Below are positions 53,426 through 64,000 of a DNA stretch of 64,000 bases, piece by piece (the first letter of the stretch is position 1; every line of letters starts with the position of its first letter). The position numbers and the translations under genes were made by a program. The DNA lies in the NCBI GenBank assembly GCA_002269645.1, contig NIVC01000162.1, positions 1-64,000 on the forward strand, in the 5' to 3' direction. The notes beneath the pieces are model-generated. The model did not search any database and had not been told where the DNA came from. It was given only the letters and a program-made list of their open reading frames with translations. This DNA comes from Macrostomum lignano. Lineage: Eukaryota.

Positions 53426-55034
53426 ATGGACATTTACAGCGATGAAGAAAAGTTGTTTATTGCTGAATAAACTTAGTTTTGATAAGATTAAAAGCTTTAT
53501 AAATCTAAGTTGAATTTCCGGGAAATGATTTGACTTTTGATTTGTCTGTTTATTTCTTCAGTAACATTTTGTTTATTAATAATAATTTATATAAAGCTGC
53601 GCATAAAAGCGAATGAAAGCCAAGTTGACAAACCGATTATAAATTATGATATCAGAACAGAGCCGATAAGACGATTCAATAAGAAGATAAGCTTTGTTTG
53701 TTTACAAGCAGTTCATCAATTTGACTGACCACTATTCAATCTCAGGCGTGCGTAAATTGCATCATATAAAATCAATTGGGTGGCCTCTCTAATCCGGCCT
53801 TCGGGTCCTTTGAAACTTCACAATAGCAAGCCGGCTCGCGGGGGGGGGCATCACGAAACCGAAAAATCACAACTCCGAAACTGCTAGAAAGCTAGTAGTA
53901 ACTGTGCCCAACGCTTAATGTTAGTTTTTGTAGTTTTAATATTTCAGGTTTGTGATTTTTCGGGTTTATGATTCTTGTTTTCCCTGGGGTCCCCGTGGAA
54001 TGGCAGTAAATTCCCCGGGGTCCCCGATAAGAAAATTCCCCGGGGGATCGACATCCCTACTCTCCTCACCCCTCTTTCCACTTTTCTCCCCTCTCCTCTC
54101 TGTCCCATCTTCTCTCCCCTATTCTCTCTCTTCTCCCCTCTCCTTTATCTCTCTTCTCTCGGGATCTCTACCCTCCTTGCATATCGCATCGCATCCCATC
54201 TTCTCTAAATTATTTCCTCTCCTCTCCTCTTATCTTCTCTCATCTCATCTTTCCTCTTCTTCGACTCCCCTTTCCTCTCCAGCCATAAGCTAATCTTCTT
54301 TATCTGGCCTTTGAAGTAAATAAGCCTGCCGACCACTCATATAGTCGTAGATAGATAAAAAGACAATGGCGCACCTGCCATTAATTATAATAAACAGATT
54401 TCGAGCTGCAACGTGCAGCGGCCCTGTCAGTGTCACAGTGTCAAGACCGCCCCCACCCCAGCCGCAGGCGTTAGCAGTGCTTCAATATCTCACGCCCTCT
54501 TAGCTAGAAGTTCTGCTGTTACGCAATGCAATAGGAAATATTTACGATTTACACGCGCACATACAGCGTGCGTTGACTCAACACTGAAAGTAGCCGCCGC
54601 CGCCACAACCCCCCCCTTCGGCCAAATTAAGAAGCCCAATCTGCACAGGAAAGCAAGGCGGAAACAGATAGTCACATTATTATATATATAGTCTAATCTT
54701 TTAACGGCATACACGATAACGCAATGGGTTCATTAGAGAGCGCTAGGTAGCATACTAGATAAGTATTATATAAACTAATTCCATATCTACTGCATATACA
54801 GACTGATCAAGTGTAAACAAAACAGTTTTGGCAATGCTAATAACTGTTACTATGGCTAGTTGCTGGCCCAGAGACTATTGAATACGCAGGCGTATGATGG
54901 GGCATCATTGCGCCCCATTGTGAGCTGATAGTTTTAAGATATCAAAATATCCTGTTTATCAATTTTAACTGATTGACACTGAATGTTTTGCTTACGCTTA
55001 CGTCATAGTGGCATTCTAGGGTTCAAGAAGCGGT

Positions 55035-56703
55035 TTTATGGCACTGTTGAGTTCATGCAGCTTGGGTTTTATGACACTGTTGAGTTCATGCAGCTTGGGT
55101 TTTATGACACTGTTGAGTTCATGCAGCTTGGGTTTTATGACACTGTTGAGTTCATGCAGCTTGGGTTTTATGACACTGTTGAGTTCATGCAGCTTGGGTT
55201 TTATGACACTGTTGAGTTCATGAGCTTGGGTTTTATGACACTGTTGAGTTCATGCAGCATGGGTTTTATGACACTGTTGAGTTCATTCAGCTTGGGTTTT
55301 ATGGCACTGTTGAGTTCATTCAGCTTGGGTTTTATGACACTGTTGAGTTCATTCAGCTTGGGTTTTATGGCACTGTTGAGTTCATGCAGCTTGGGTTTTA
55401 TGACACTGTTGAGTTCATGCAGCTTGGGTTTTATGACACTGTTGAGTTCATGCAGCTTGGGTTTTATGACACTGTTGAGTTCATGCAGCTTGGGTTTTAT
55501 GACACTGTTGAGTTCATGCAGCTTGGGTTTTATGACACTGTTGAGTTCATGAGCTTGGGTTTTATGACACTGTTGAGTTCATGCAGCATGGGTTTTATGA
55601 CACTGTTGAGTTCATTCAGCTTGGGTTTTATGGCACTGTTGAGTTCATTCAGCTTGGGTTTTATGACACTGTTGAGTTCATTCAGCTTGGGTTTTATGGC
55701 ACTGTTGAGTTCATGCAGCTTGGGTTTTATGACACTGTTGAGTTCATGCAGCTTGGGTTTTATGACACTGTTGAGTTCATGAGCTTGGGTTTTATGACAC
55801 TGTTGAGTTCATGCAGCATGGGTTTTATGACACTGTTGAGTTCATGAGCTTGGGTTTTATGACACTGTTGAGTTCATGAGCTTGAGTTTTATGACACTGT
55901 TGAGTTTATGCAGCTAGCGTTTTATGACACTGTTGAGTTCATCAGCTTGGGTTTTATGACACTGTTGAGTTCATGAGCTTGGGTTTTATGACACTGTTGA
56001 GTTCACGCAGCTTGGGTTTTATGACACTGTTGAGTTCATGCAGCATGGGTTTTATGACACTGTTGAGTTCATGAGCTTGGGTTTTATGACACTGTTGAGT
56101 TCACGCAGCTTGGGTTTTATGACACTGTTGAGTTCATGAGCTTGGGTTTTATGACACTGTTGAGTTCATGCAGCATGGGTTTTATGACACTGTTGAGTTC
56201 ATGAGCTTGGGTTTTATGACACTGTTGAGTTCATGAGCTTGAGTTTTATGACACTGTTGAGTTTATGCAGCTAGCGTTTTATGACACTGTTGAGTTCATC
56301 AGCTTGGGTTTTATGACACTATTGAGTTCATGAGCTTGAGTTTTATGACACTGTTGAGTTCATTCAGCTTGGGTTTTATGACACTGTTGAGTTCATGCAG
56401 CTTGGGTTTTATGACACTGTTGAGTTCATGAGCTTGCGTTTTATGACACTGTTGAGTTCATGAGCTTGAGTTTTATGACACTGTTGAGTTTATGCAGCTA
56501 GCGTTTTATGACACTGTTGAGTTCATCAGCTTGGGTTTTATGACACTATTGAGTTCATGAGCTTGAGTTTTATGACACTGTTGAGTTCATTCAGCTTGGG
56601 TTTTATGACACTGTTGAGTTCATGCAGCTTGGGTTTTATGACACTGTTGAGTTCATGAGCTTGGGTTTTATGACACTGTTGAGTTCATGCAGCTTGAGTT
56701 TTA
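55035..56703. repeat. 33-bp (32-bp variant) minisatellite GAGTTCATGCAGCTTGGGTTTTATGACACTGTT with a 329-bp higher-order block
   Basis: Direct inspection; identical pseudo-ORF starts at 55252 and 55581. Confidence 0.97.
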
Positions 56704-57104
56704 TGAAATACTAAGCTCACTAAGCTTGGTTGTGATGACACTTCTGGCTCAAAAACAGACAGAAAGGAAAAACATAAACATAAAGTAGAAACGAAAACAG
56801 CTTCACTAAGATGTACCAATAGCCTTCCTCGTGTTGGAGAAAATTAATTCATTGCACAGAAAAACTGGAATGCCGATGGCTGCTTCTATTAATAGAAACT
56901 CAGCTCGTATTATTTCTAAAAACTGGAATTTGTCTCACATTGACAGACTATGAGGGAACTTTCATCTCAACTTTATTTCTTAATTAGCTACTCAGAACAT
57001 AACATCTTTAAAACGAAAGAAAGAAGTTCGAATGAATAATAAAAAATGAAATTCGGCATTTCAGTTTTCAGGCTCACCGCTAATGGAGCCGGGAGAATAT
57101 ATAG

Positions 57105-57166
57105 ATTGATAGATAGATAGATAGATAGATAGACACAGACAGACAGACAGACAGACAGACACAGAC

Positions 57167-57204
<38 letters not shown>

Positions 57205-57206
57205 TC

Positions 57207-57271
<65 letters not shown>

Positions 57272-57288
57272 CAGACAGACAGACAGAC

Positions 57289-57349
<61 letters not shown>

Positions 57350-57402
57350 CAGACAGACAGACAGACAGACACAGACAGACAGACACAGACAGACAGACAG
57401 AC

Positions 57403-57433
<31 letters not shown>

Positions 57434-57556
57434 CAGACAGACAGACAGACAGACACAGACAGACAGACAGACAGACAGACACAGACAGACAGACAGACAC
57501 AGACAGACAGACAGACACAGACAGATAGACAGAGACACAGACAGACAGACAGAGAC

Positions 57557-57591
<35 letters not shown>

Positions 57592-57603
57592 CAGACAGAC
57601 AGA
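57105..57603. repeat. (AGAT)n/(AGAC)n microsatellite
   Basis: Direct inspection. Confidence 0.96.
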
Positions 57604-58011
57604 TGCACATATATAAATCATATATAATAGTAATAAAAGTAAATGATTAATAAGGAAGCGAGTGAAAATAATTTCCAAATGCAACCCCTTGCGTCAGGAA
57701 CCCAGAGCCGCAGCTCAGCGATGGCAGCGAGTATTTATTGACAAGTTTCATTCTGGATGGCAACGTGCAAAATAGACGTCTGGCAGCTGGACGCAGCCCA
57801 ATAAACAGTTAATAAATAATATTTTCATTTCACATAACTCACAAATTGACGAAAAAATCGCAGCTTGAAAAATTGATGACTGCAATGATTAAAAAAAATC
57901 GTATGCGCAATACTGTCTACTGAAAGTAGAGTATTAAAAATGATAAAACCCGGAAAATCCAGAAAATTAACATGGCACATTGCACCGCTATCGCACTCAT
58001 CACCCTAACCT

Positions 58012-58510
58012 CACCTGACAGTCAATACCCTACCTGACAGTCAATACCCTGCCTGACAGTCAATACGCTGACCTGACAGTCAATACCCTACCTGACAGTC
58101 AATACCCTGACCTGACAGTCAATACCCTGCCTGACAGTCAATACCCTGACCTGACAGTCAATACCCTGCCTGACAGTCAATACCCTGGCCTGACAGTCAA
58201 TACCCTGGCCTGACAGTCAATACCCTGACCTGACAGTCAATACCCTGGCCTGACAGTCAATACACTGCCTGACAGTCAAAACCCCAACCTGACAGTCAAT
58301 ACCCTGGCCTGACAGTCAATACACTGCCTGACAGTCAAAACCCCAACCTGACAGTCAATACCCTGGCCTGACAGTCAGAACCCCAACCTGACAGTCAGAA
58401 CCCCAACCTGACAGTCAGAACCCCAACCTGACAGTCAGAACCCCAACCTGACAGTCAGAACCCCAACCTGACAGTCAGAACCCCAACCTGACAGTCAATA
58501 CCCTGAACTG
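58012..58510. repeat. 19-20-bp minisatellite CCTGACAGTCAATACCCTG, grading into CCTGACAGTCAGAACCCCAA
   Basis: Direct inspection. Confidence 0.94.
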
Positions 58511-59030
58511 ACCTCATCTGACTCTGACCCACAGATACTAAAATAACTAGATGGACCACTCAGGCACATATACTTAGTAAAACAGCTTTCTACTTTCAGT
58601 TCAGTAGCAAAGAAGAATGCATAAGCTATTTTATAGAAATAAAGGCAGCTGAAATGACTTTGATAAGTTTAGAAGCCCAAGCTTGCAGGCGCACACAACT
58701 TGCTAATTGGTTCCGCAATAATGTACATTAGCCAGTCCACTGAAATGTACATGGCAGCTTTAGGCTGGAATTCCGAGGAAGGCAATAAAAATTGGGGTGG
58801 GGCGAGGGAGTAGTGTGGAAAGGCGCGGTTGGAGGGTTTAAGCTGGGGGTAAGAGCCAATAAATGAGCCTTGGCTTTAAAAATACATTAAAATGCTTCAG
58901 TTTAACTTACTACTGAACTGCAAGTAGCTTACACGCAAATGTGCTGAGCGGCCCATCCAGTTATTCTAGTATCTGTGCTCTGACCTCAGCCACAATAAAA
59001 ATCAATGGATGGGTGTCCCAGAATGGCCAA

Positions 59031-60918
59031 TCAGTGCGGTCGGGACACCTGAGGCTGTGCAGCCGCGGACTCGGACAGGTGGCGAGCAGTTTTGCCGTTG
59101 GAGCGGTCCCGCCTGGCGACCTTACTTGGCGACGCCTGGGTGGCCTCGGCCACGAAGTCGCGAATGCGGGGCACCATGAGCTCAACGGCCACCAGGTTCT
59201 CCGGGCCGCGCGGCAGCACCAAATCCGCGTACTTCTTTGTCGGCAGGCAGAAGCCTTCGAAGGCCGGCTTCACGAATTCGGTATGGTAGTTCAGGGTGGA
59301 CACAAGGCTGCGGCCTCTGGCCAGGTCCGTGCGGACTCGCCTGGGGGGATTGGCGAGTGGGGACAGCAAGCGCCAGTCAACAATTCAGTTAGCAATAGAC
59401 AGCAAAAAATCAGAAGAGATTAACAACTAGTAATCTACAGCAGCCAATGTCAATATCGAAAATCAACAACCAATCAACAACAAACGCAAATCAACAGCAA
59501 CCAACAAAAATCAACAATCAACACAAATCAAGTTAATCAACAACCAACACAAATCAACAACCAACACAAATCAACAACAACCAACACAAATCAACAACAA
59601 CCAACACAAATCAACAACCAACACAAATCAATAACCAACACAAATCAACAACCAACACAAATCAATAACCAACACAAATCAACAACCAACACAAATCAAC
59701 AACCAACACAAATCAACAACCAACACAAATCAACACAACCAACACAAATCAATAACAACCAACACAGATCAACAACCAACACAAAAAAACAACAACCAAC
59801 AACACAAATCAACAACAACCAACAACACAAAACAACAACACAAATCAACAACAAACAACAAAAATCAACAATCAATGGACACTCAACACACTATCAAACA
59901 GCAACATGACCAATAAATAAAACAGCCAAACCTGGCCAGCCGAGTGTCTGAGTCGCAGTCCACAAACAGCTTAACGTCGAACAGGTCCCGCAGCCGGGGC
60001 TGATAGAATAGCAGAATGCCTTTCACGAGCAGCACATCGACAAGAGCCAGCTCCCTGTGCCGCTGCTGGGCAGCCGCCAAGCTCAAGCTGGGATCGTACT
60101 CGGCCACTCGAACCGGCTTGCCCATGCGGGCGTCTTGCAAAGTCGACACCATCAGGTCGAAGTCGAAAGCGTCTGGACCGGCCATTCGGTAATTTTTTTG
60201 GGGTTAGAGCAAGTTGGGAGATTTTAGGGATTTGAGTAGATTTGGGAGATTTTGATGATTCCAGTAGATTTGGGAGATTTGGGGATTCGAGTAGGTTCGG
60301 AGATTTTGGGGATTCGGGTAGATTTGGGAGATTCTGGGGATTCGGGTAGATTTGGGAGATTTTGGGGATTCGGGTAGATTTGGGAGATTTTGGGGATTCG
60401 GGTAGATTTGGGAGATTCTGGGGATTCGGGTAGATTTGGGAGATTTTGGGGATTCGGGTAGATTTGGGAGATTCTGGGGATTCGGGTAGATTTGGGAGAT
60501 TCTGGGGATTCGAGTAGATTAGGAGATTTTGGGGATTCGATTGGTTTGGGACATATCGGGGATTTGAGCAGGTTGGGAGAATCTGGAGACTAAGTAGATA
60601 CATTATGAGAGATTTGAATGACCTGGGGATTTCAGAGACTGAATTCGCATGTCACAATGGTACAAAGAATACAAAGGTAATAAAAGTATGATACAAGCAG
60701 ATGCACAAAAGGTGAAAGCCCACCACAATTGCAGCCTACACAAATCGTTACTGAGTGGAATTACCTGGATGATCAAAATTAAACAAGCCAGCCTGAGCTG
60801 CCTTTCTTTCCTCATCTGTCAGCCTCCGATAGAATGAGCTCATGCTGAGCATGTCCACCCGACTGGACAGCTGACCGGGCCCAGACAGCTGCTGCATGAT
60901 GCGCTCGCATACGGAGGT
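59031..60918 (-). CDS. uridine-cytidine kinase-like protein (UCK1/UCK2 family), last three exons 60765-60918, 59932-60172, 59031-59340; Walker A exon not in the window
   Basis: Motifs [48 protein letters not shown] and the C-terminal SRPH* typical of UCK1/2. Splice phases 0-1, 1-2, 2-stop are consistent. Confidence 0.92.
59455..59875. repeat. CAA-rich degenerate repeat (CAACCAACACAAAT)n in UCK-like intron
   Basis: Direct inspection. Confidence 0.9.
60200..60590. repeat. ~28-bp minisatellite GATTTGGGAGATT(T/C)TGGGGATTCGGGTA in UCK-like intron
   Basis: Direct inspection. Confidence 0.92.
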
Positions 60919-61001
60919 CTGTTGGATGAGTGCGGGAATGACAGAATCAGAACCGGTTGACTCTCAGGCGTAAGCAATAGGCATTCCGCTTGCACTGCCG
61001 A

Positions 61002-62830
61002 CAAGGGCAGATTCTCTCAGCAACCAAGGGCAGATTCTCTCAGCAACCAAGGGCAGATTCTCTCAGAAACCAAGGGCAGATTCTCTCAGCAACCAAGGGC
61101 AGATTCTCTCAGCAACCAAGGGCAGATTCTCTCAGCAACCAAGGGCAGATTCTCTCAGAAACCAAGGGCAGATTCTCTCAGCAACCAAGGGCAGATTCTC
61201 TCAGCAACCAAGGGCAGATTCTCTCAGAAACCAAGGGCAGATTCTCTCAGCAACCAAGGGCAGATTCTCTCAGCAACCAAGGGCAGATTCCCTCGGAAAC
61301 CAAGGGCAGATTCTCTCAGCAACCAAGGGCAGATTCTCTCAGCAACCAAGGGCAGATTCTCTCAGCAACCAAGGGCAGATTCTCTCAGAAACCAAGGGCA
61401 GATTCTCTCAGAAACCAACATCAATCAAGGGCAGAATCTCTCAGAAACCAACATCAATCACGGGCAGAATCTCTCAGCAACCAACATCAATCACGGGCAG
61501 ATTCTCTCAGAAACCAAGGGCAGATTCTCTCAGAAACCAACATCAATCACGGGCAGATTCTCTCAGCAACCAACATCAATCACGGGCAGATTCTCTCAGA
61601 AACCAACATCAATCACGGGCAGATTCTCTCAGCAACCAACATCAATCACGGGCAGATTCTCTCAGAAACCAAGGGCAGATTCTCTCAGAAACCAAGGGCA
61701 GATTCTCTCAGAAACCAAGGGCAGATTCTCTCAGAAACCAACATCAATCACGGGCAGAATCTCTCAGCAACCAACATCAATCACGGGCAGATTCTCTCAG
61801 AAACCAAGGGCAGATTCTCTCAGAAACCAAGGGCAGATTCTCTCAGCAACCAAGGGCAGATTCTCTCAGCAACCAAGGGCAGATTCTCTCAGAAACCAAG
61901 GGCAGATTCTCTCAGCAACCAAGGGCAGATTCTCTCAGCAACCAAGGGCAGATTCTCTCAGCAACCAAGGGCAGATTCTCTCAGCAACCAAGGGCAGATT
62001 CTCTCAGAAACCAAGGGCAGATTCTCTCAGCAACCAAGGGCAGATTCTCTCAGCAACCAAGGGCAGATTCTCTCAGAAACCAAGGGCAGATTCTCTTAGA
62101 AACCACGGGCAGATTCTCTCAGAAACCAAGGGCAGATTCTCTCAGAAACCAAGGGCAGATTCTCTTAGAAACCAAGGGCAGATTCTCTCAGAAACCAAGG
62201 GCAGATTCTCTCAGAAACCAAGGGCAGATTCTCTCAGAAACCAAGGGCAGATTCTCTCAGAAACCAAGGGCAGATTCTCTCAGAAACCAAGGGCAGATTC
62301 TCTCAGAAACCAAGGGCAGATTCTCTTAGAAACCACGGGCAGATTCTCTCAGAAACCAAGGGCAGATTCTCTCAGAAACCAAGGGCAGATTCTCTCAGAA
62401 ACCAAGGGCAGATTCTCTCAGAAACCAAGGGCAGATTCTCTCAGAAACCAAGGGCAGATTCTCTCAGAAACCAAGGGCAGATTCTCTCAGAAACCAAGGG
62501 CAGATTCTCTTAGAAACCACGGGCAGATTCTCTCAGAAACCAAGGGCAGATTCTCTCAGAAACCAAGGGCAGATTCTCTCAGAAACCAAGGGCAGATTCT
62601 CTTAGAAACCACGGGCAGATTCTCTCAGAAACCAAGGGCAGATTCTCTCAGAAACCAAGGGCAGATTCTCTCAGAAACCAAGGGCAGATTCTCTCAGAAA
62701 CCAAGGGCAGATTCTCTCAGAAACCAAGGGCAGATTCTCTCAGAAACCAAGGGCAGATTCTCTCAGAAACCAAGGGCAGATTCTCTCAGAAACCAACATC
62801 AATAACGGCCAGATTCTCTCAGAAACCAAC
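61002..62830. repeat. 23-bp minisatellite AACCAAGGGCAGATTCTCTCAG(A/C), with longer AACATCAATCAC-containing variants
   Basis: Direct inspection; source of the 369-aa pseudo-ORF. Confidence 0.97.
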
Positions 62831-63074
62831 CTTAAAAAACCTCAAACAGATTATCTGCATCTCTTGTCCAACACCATTTTTAGAAGTCAACGGTTCAAAA
62901 GTTGAGTAGCTGTGATGCCAAAAAGCTGCAGCCATAGACAACTGGCAGGCTTACAGAATTACTACAAGAACAACTAGAGAGTTTTTGTAAGCAGTACATC
63001 TAGGCACTGATGTCATGAATTGCACATAAACAAGATTATCTATCTATTAACTAATAAAAACATCTAACATAGCA

Positions 63075-63209
63075 ATGGAAAATGGGAAAATCGAGGAACT
63101 ACTATTTGTATCAATTATCACGCCTGCTGTTCTGGTCAGTATGATGCTAATTGGAGGAAGCTGCTACCTGATTGCATCTTCAATTGCTAATAGAAAGAAG
63201 AAAAACTGA
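63075..63209 (+). CDS. candidate 44-aa single-pass membrane micropeptide, or the last exon of a C-terminally anchored protein
   Basis: MENGKIEELLFVSIITPAVLVSMMLIGGSCYLIASSIANRKKKN*: strong start context gcaATGG, hydrophobic core, basic tail, AATAAA ~17 nt after the stop. Confidence 0.45.
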   Translation: MENGKIEELLFVSIITPAVLVSMMLIGGSCYLIASSIANRKKKN

Positions 63210-63614
63210 GCTAAGCACTAACTGCAATAAACTGTAATGCTAATCTGAACTGATAGATTGACTTTAATATTGAACTATGTACTATTGTTATTAAATGTTG
63301 TTTGCATACTTTGTCTTGTTTTTTATTTTTCTTGTTATGGAAATTAAAAAAAACTTACTCTGTAAATGTAATGAAACAGTAAAAAATATTTCTATGAGTA
63401 AAGAAATATATCCAATGACTAACTTTTGTTACCACTCTGATCAGCAAATTCTTATCAAGAAGTGCTAAGCAAAATCTTGCTTGAAAACTCTAGAGAAGAA
63501 AATTCCAGAAATTTATAAAGATGTGCTCAGTGAGCTAAGACAACTTGAATGAGAAGGAATCCCCAAATCTTCTGCAAAGCATATAGATGGGTCTGTGGCT
63601 CAGTTCCAATTGTC

Positions 63615-63920
63615 ACTAACTAGATGAGACATAGATTATTGCACTAGCTTAGAAAGGGATTATTGCACTAGATTAGAAAGGGATTATTGCACTAGCTTAG
63701 AAAGGGATTATTGCACTAGCTAAGAAAGGGATTATTGATTGCACTAGATGAGTAAAGAATTGTTGCACTAGCTAAAAATAGATTATTACACTAGCTAAGA
63801 TAGCTTGGATCTTAAGATTAGGATCTAAAGCTTAGAAAGGGATTATTTCACTACATGAGAAAATTATTATTGCACCTAATAAGTCATGATTTAGTGCACT
63901 AGATGAAAAAGGGATCATTG
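63615..63920. repeat. degenerate ~25-bp repeat TATTGCACTAGCTTAGAAAGGGAT
   Basis: Direct inspection. Confidence 0.8.
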
Positions 63921-64000
63921 CACTAGCTGAGAAAATGATCAATAGATCATATATACACAACCTTGGGAATCACTCAGCCATTTCTATTAGCAAATAGAAA

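Noticed and set aside
60960-61000. GSASG-like stretch as the missing UCK Walker A exon
   Set aside because: No Lys, no donor site, and it runs out of the 23-bp array; the real exon probably lies beyond the window.

Overview
Eukaryotic (metazoan) genomic DNA with spliceosomal GT-AG genes and GC-rich exons. Roughly 40-45% of the window (hand estimate) is micro- and minisatellite, and most long introns carry their own array. This composition suggests the flatworm Macrostomum lignano or a relative (inference only). I assembled four genes by hand from splice sites and reading frame. (1) A tau/MAP2-family microtubule-associated protein, minus strand 2169-9072, with 5 full plus 1 partial repeat (one exon each) and four 1-bp frame defects. 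(2) A single-pass membrane protein with a juxtamembrane LDLa module, plus strand 24847-28105, 5' end unresolved. (3) A large Q/P-rich multi-RRM-like putative RNA-binding protein, minus strand 30597-49412, with two junctions unresolved. (4) A uridine-cytidine kinase (UCK)-like gene, minus strand 59031-60918, whose Walker A exon was not found in the window and whose catalytic residues appear substituted (candidate pseudoenzyme). Also present: a 44-aa single-TM small ORF, a tRNA-head CORE-type SINE (full copy plus a 3' fragment), a 173-bp hAT-type MITE with an 8-bp TSD, a ~1.16-kb tandem duplication, and several arrays positioned to affect splicing. Nearly all long ORFs in the supplied track are artefacts of tandem repeats. 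No CRISPR, rRNA or true tRNA genes were found.
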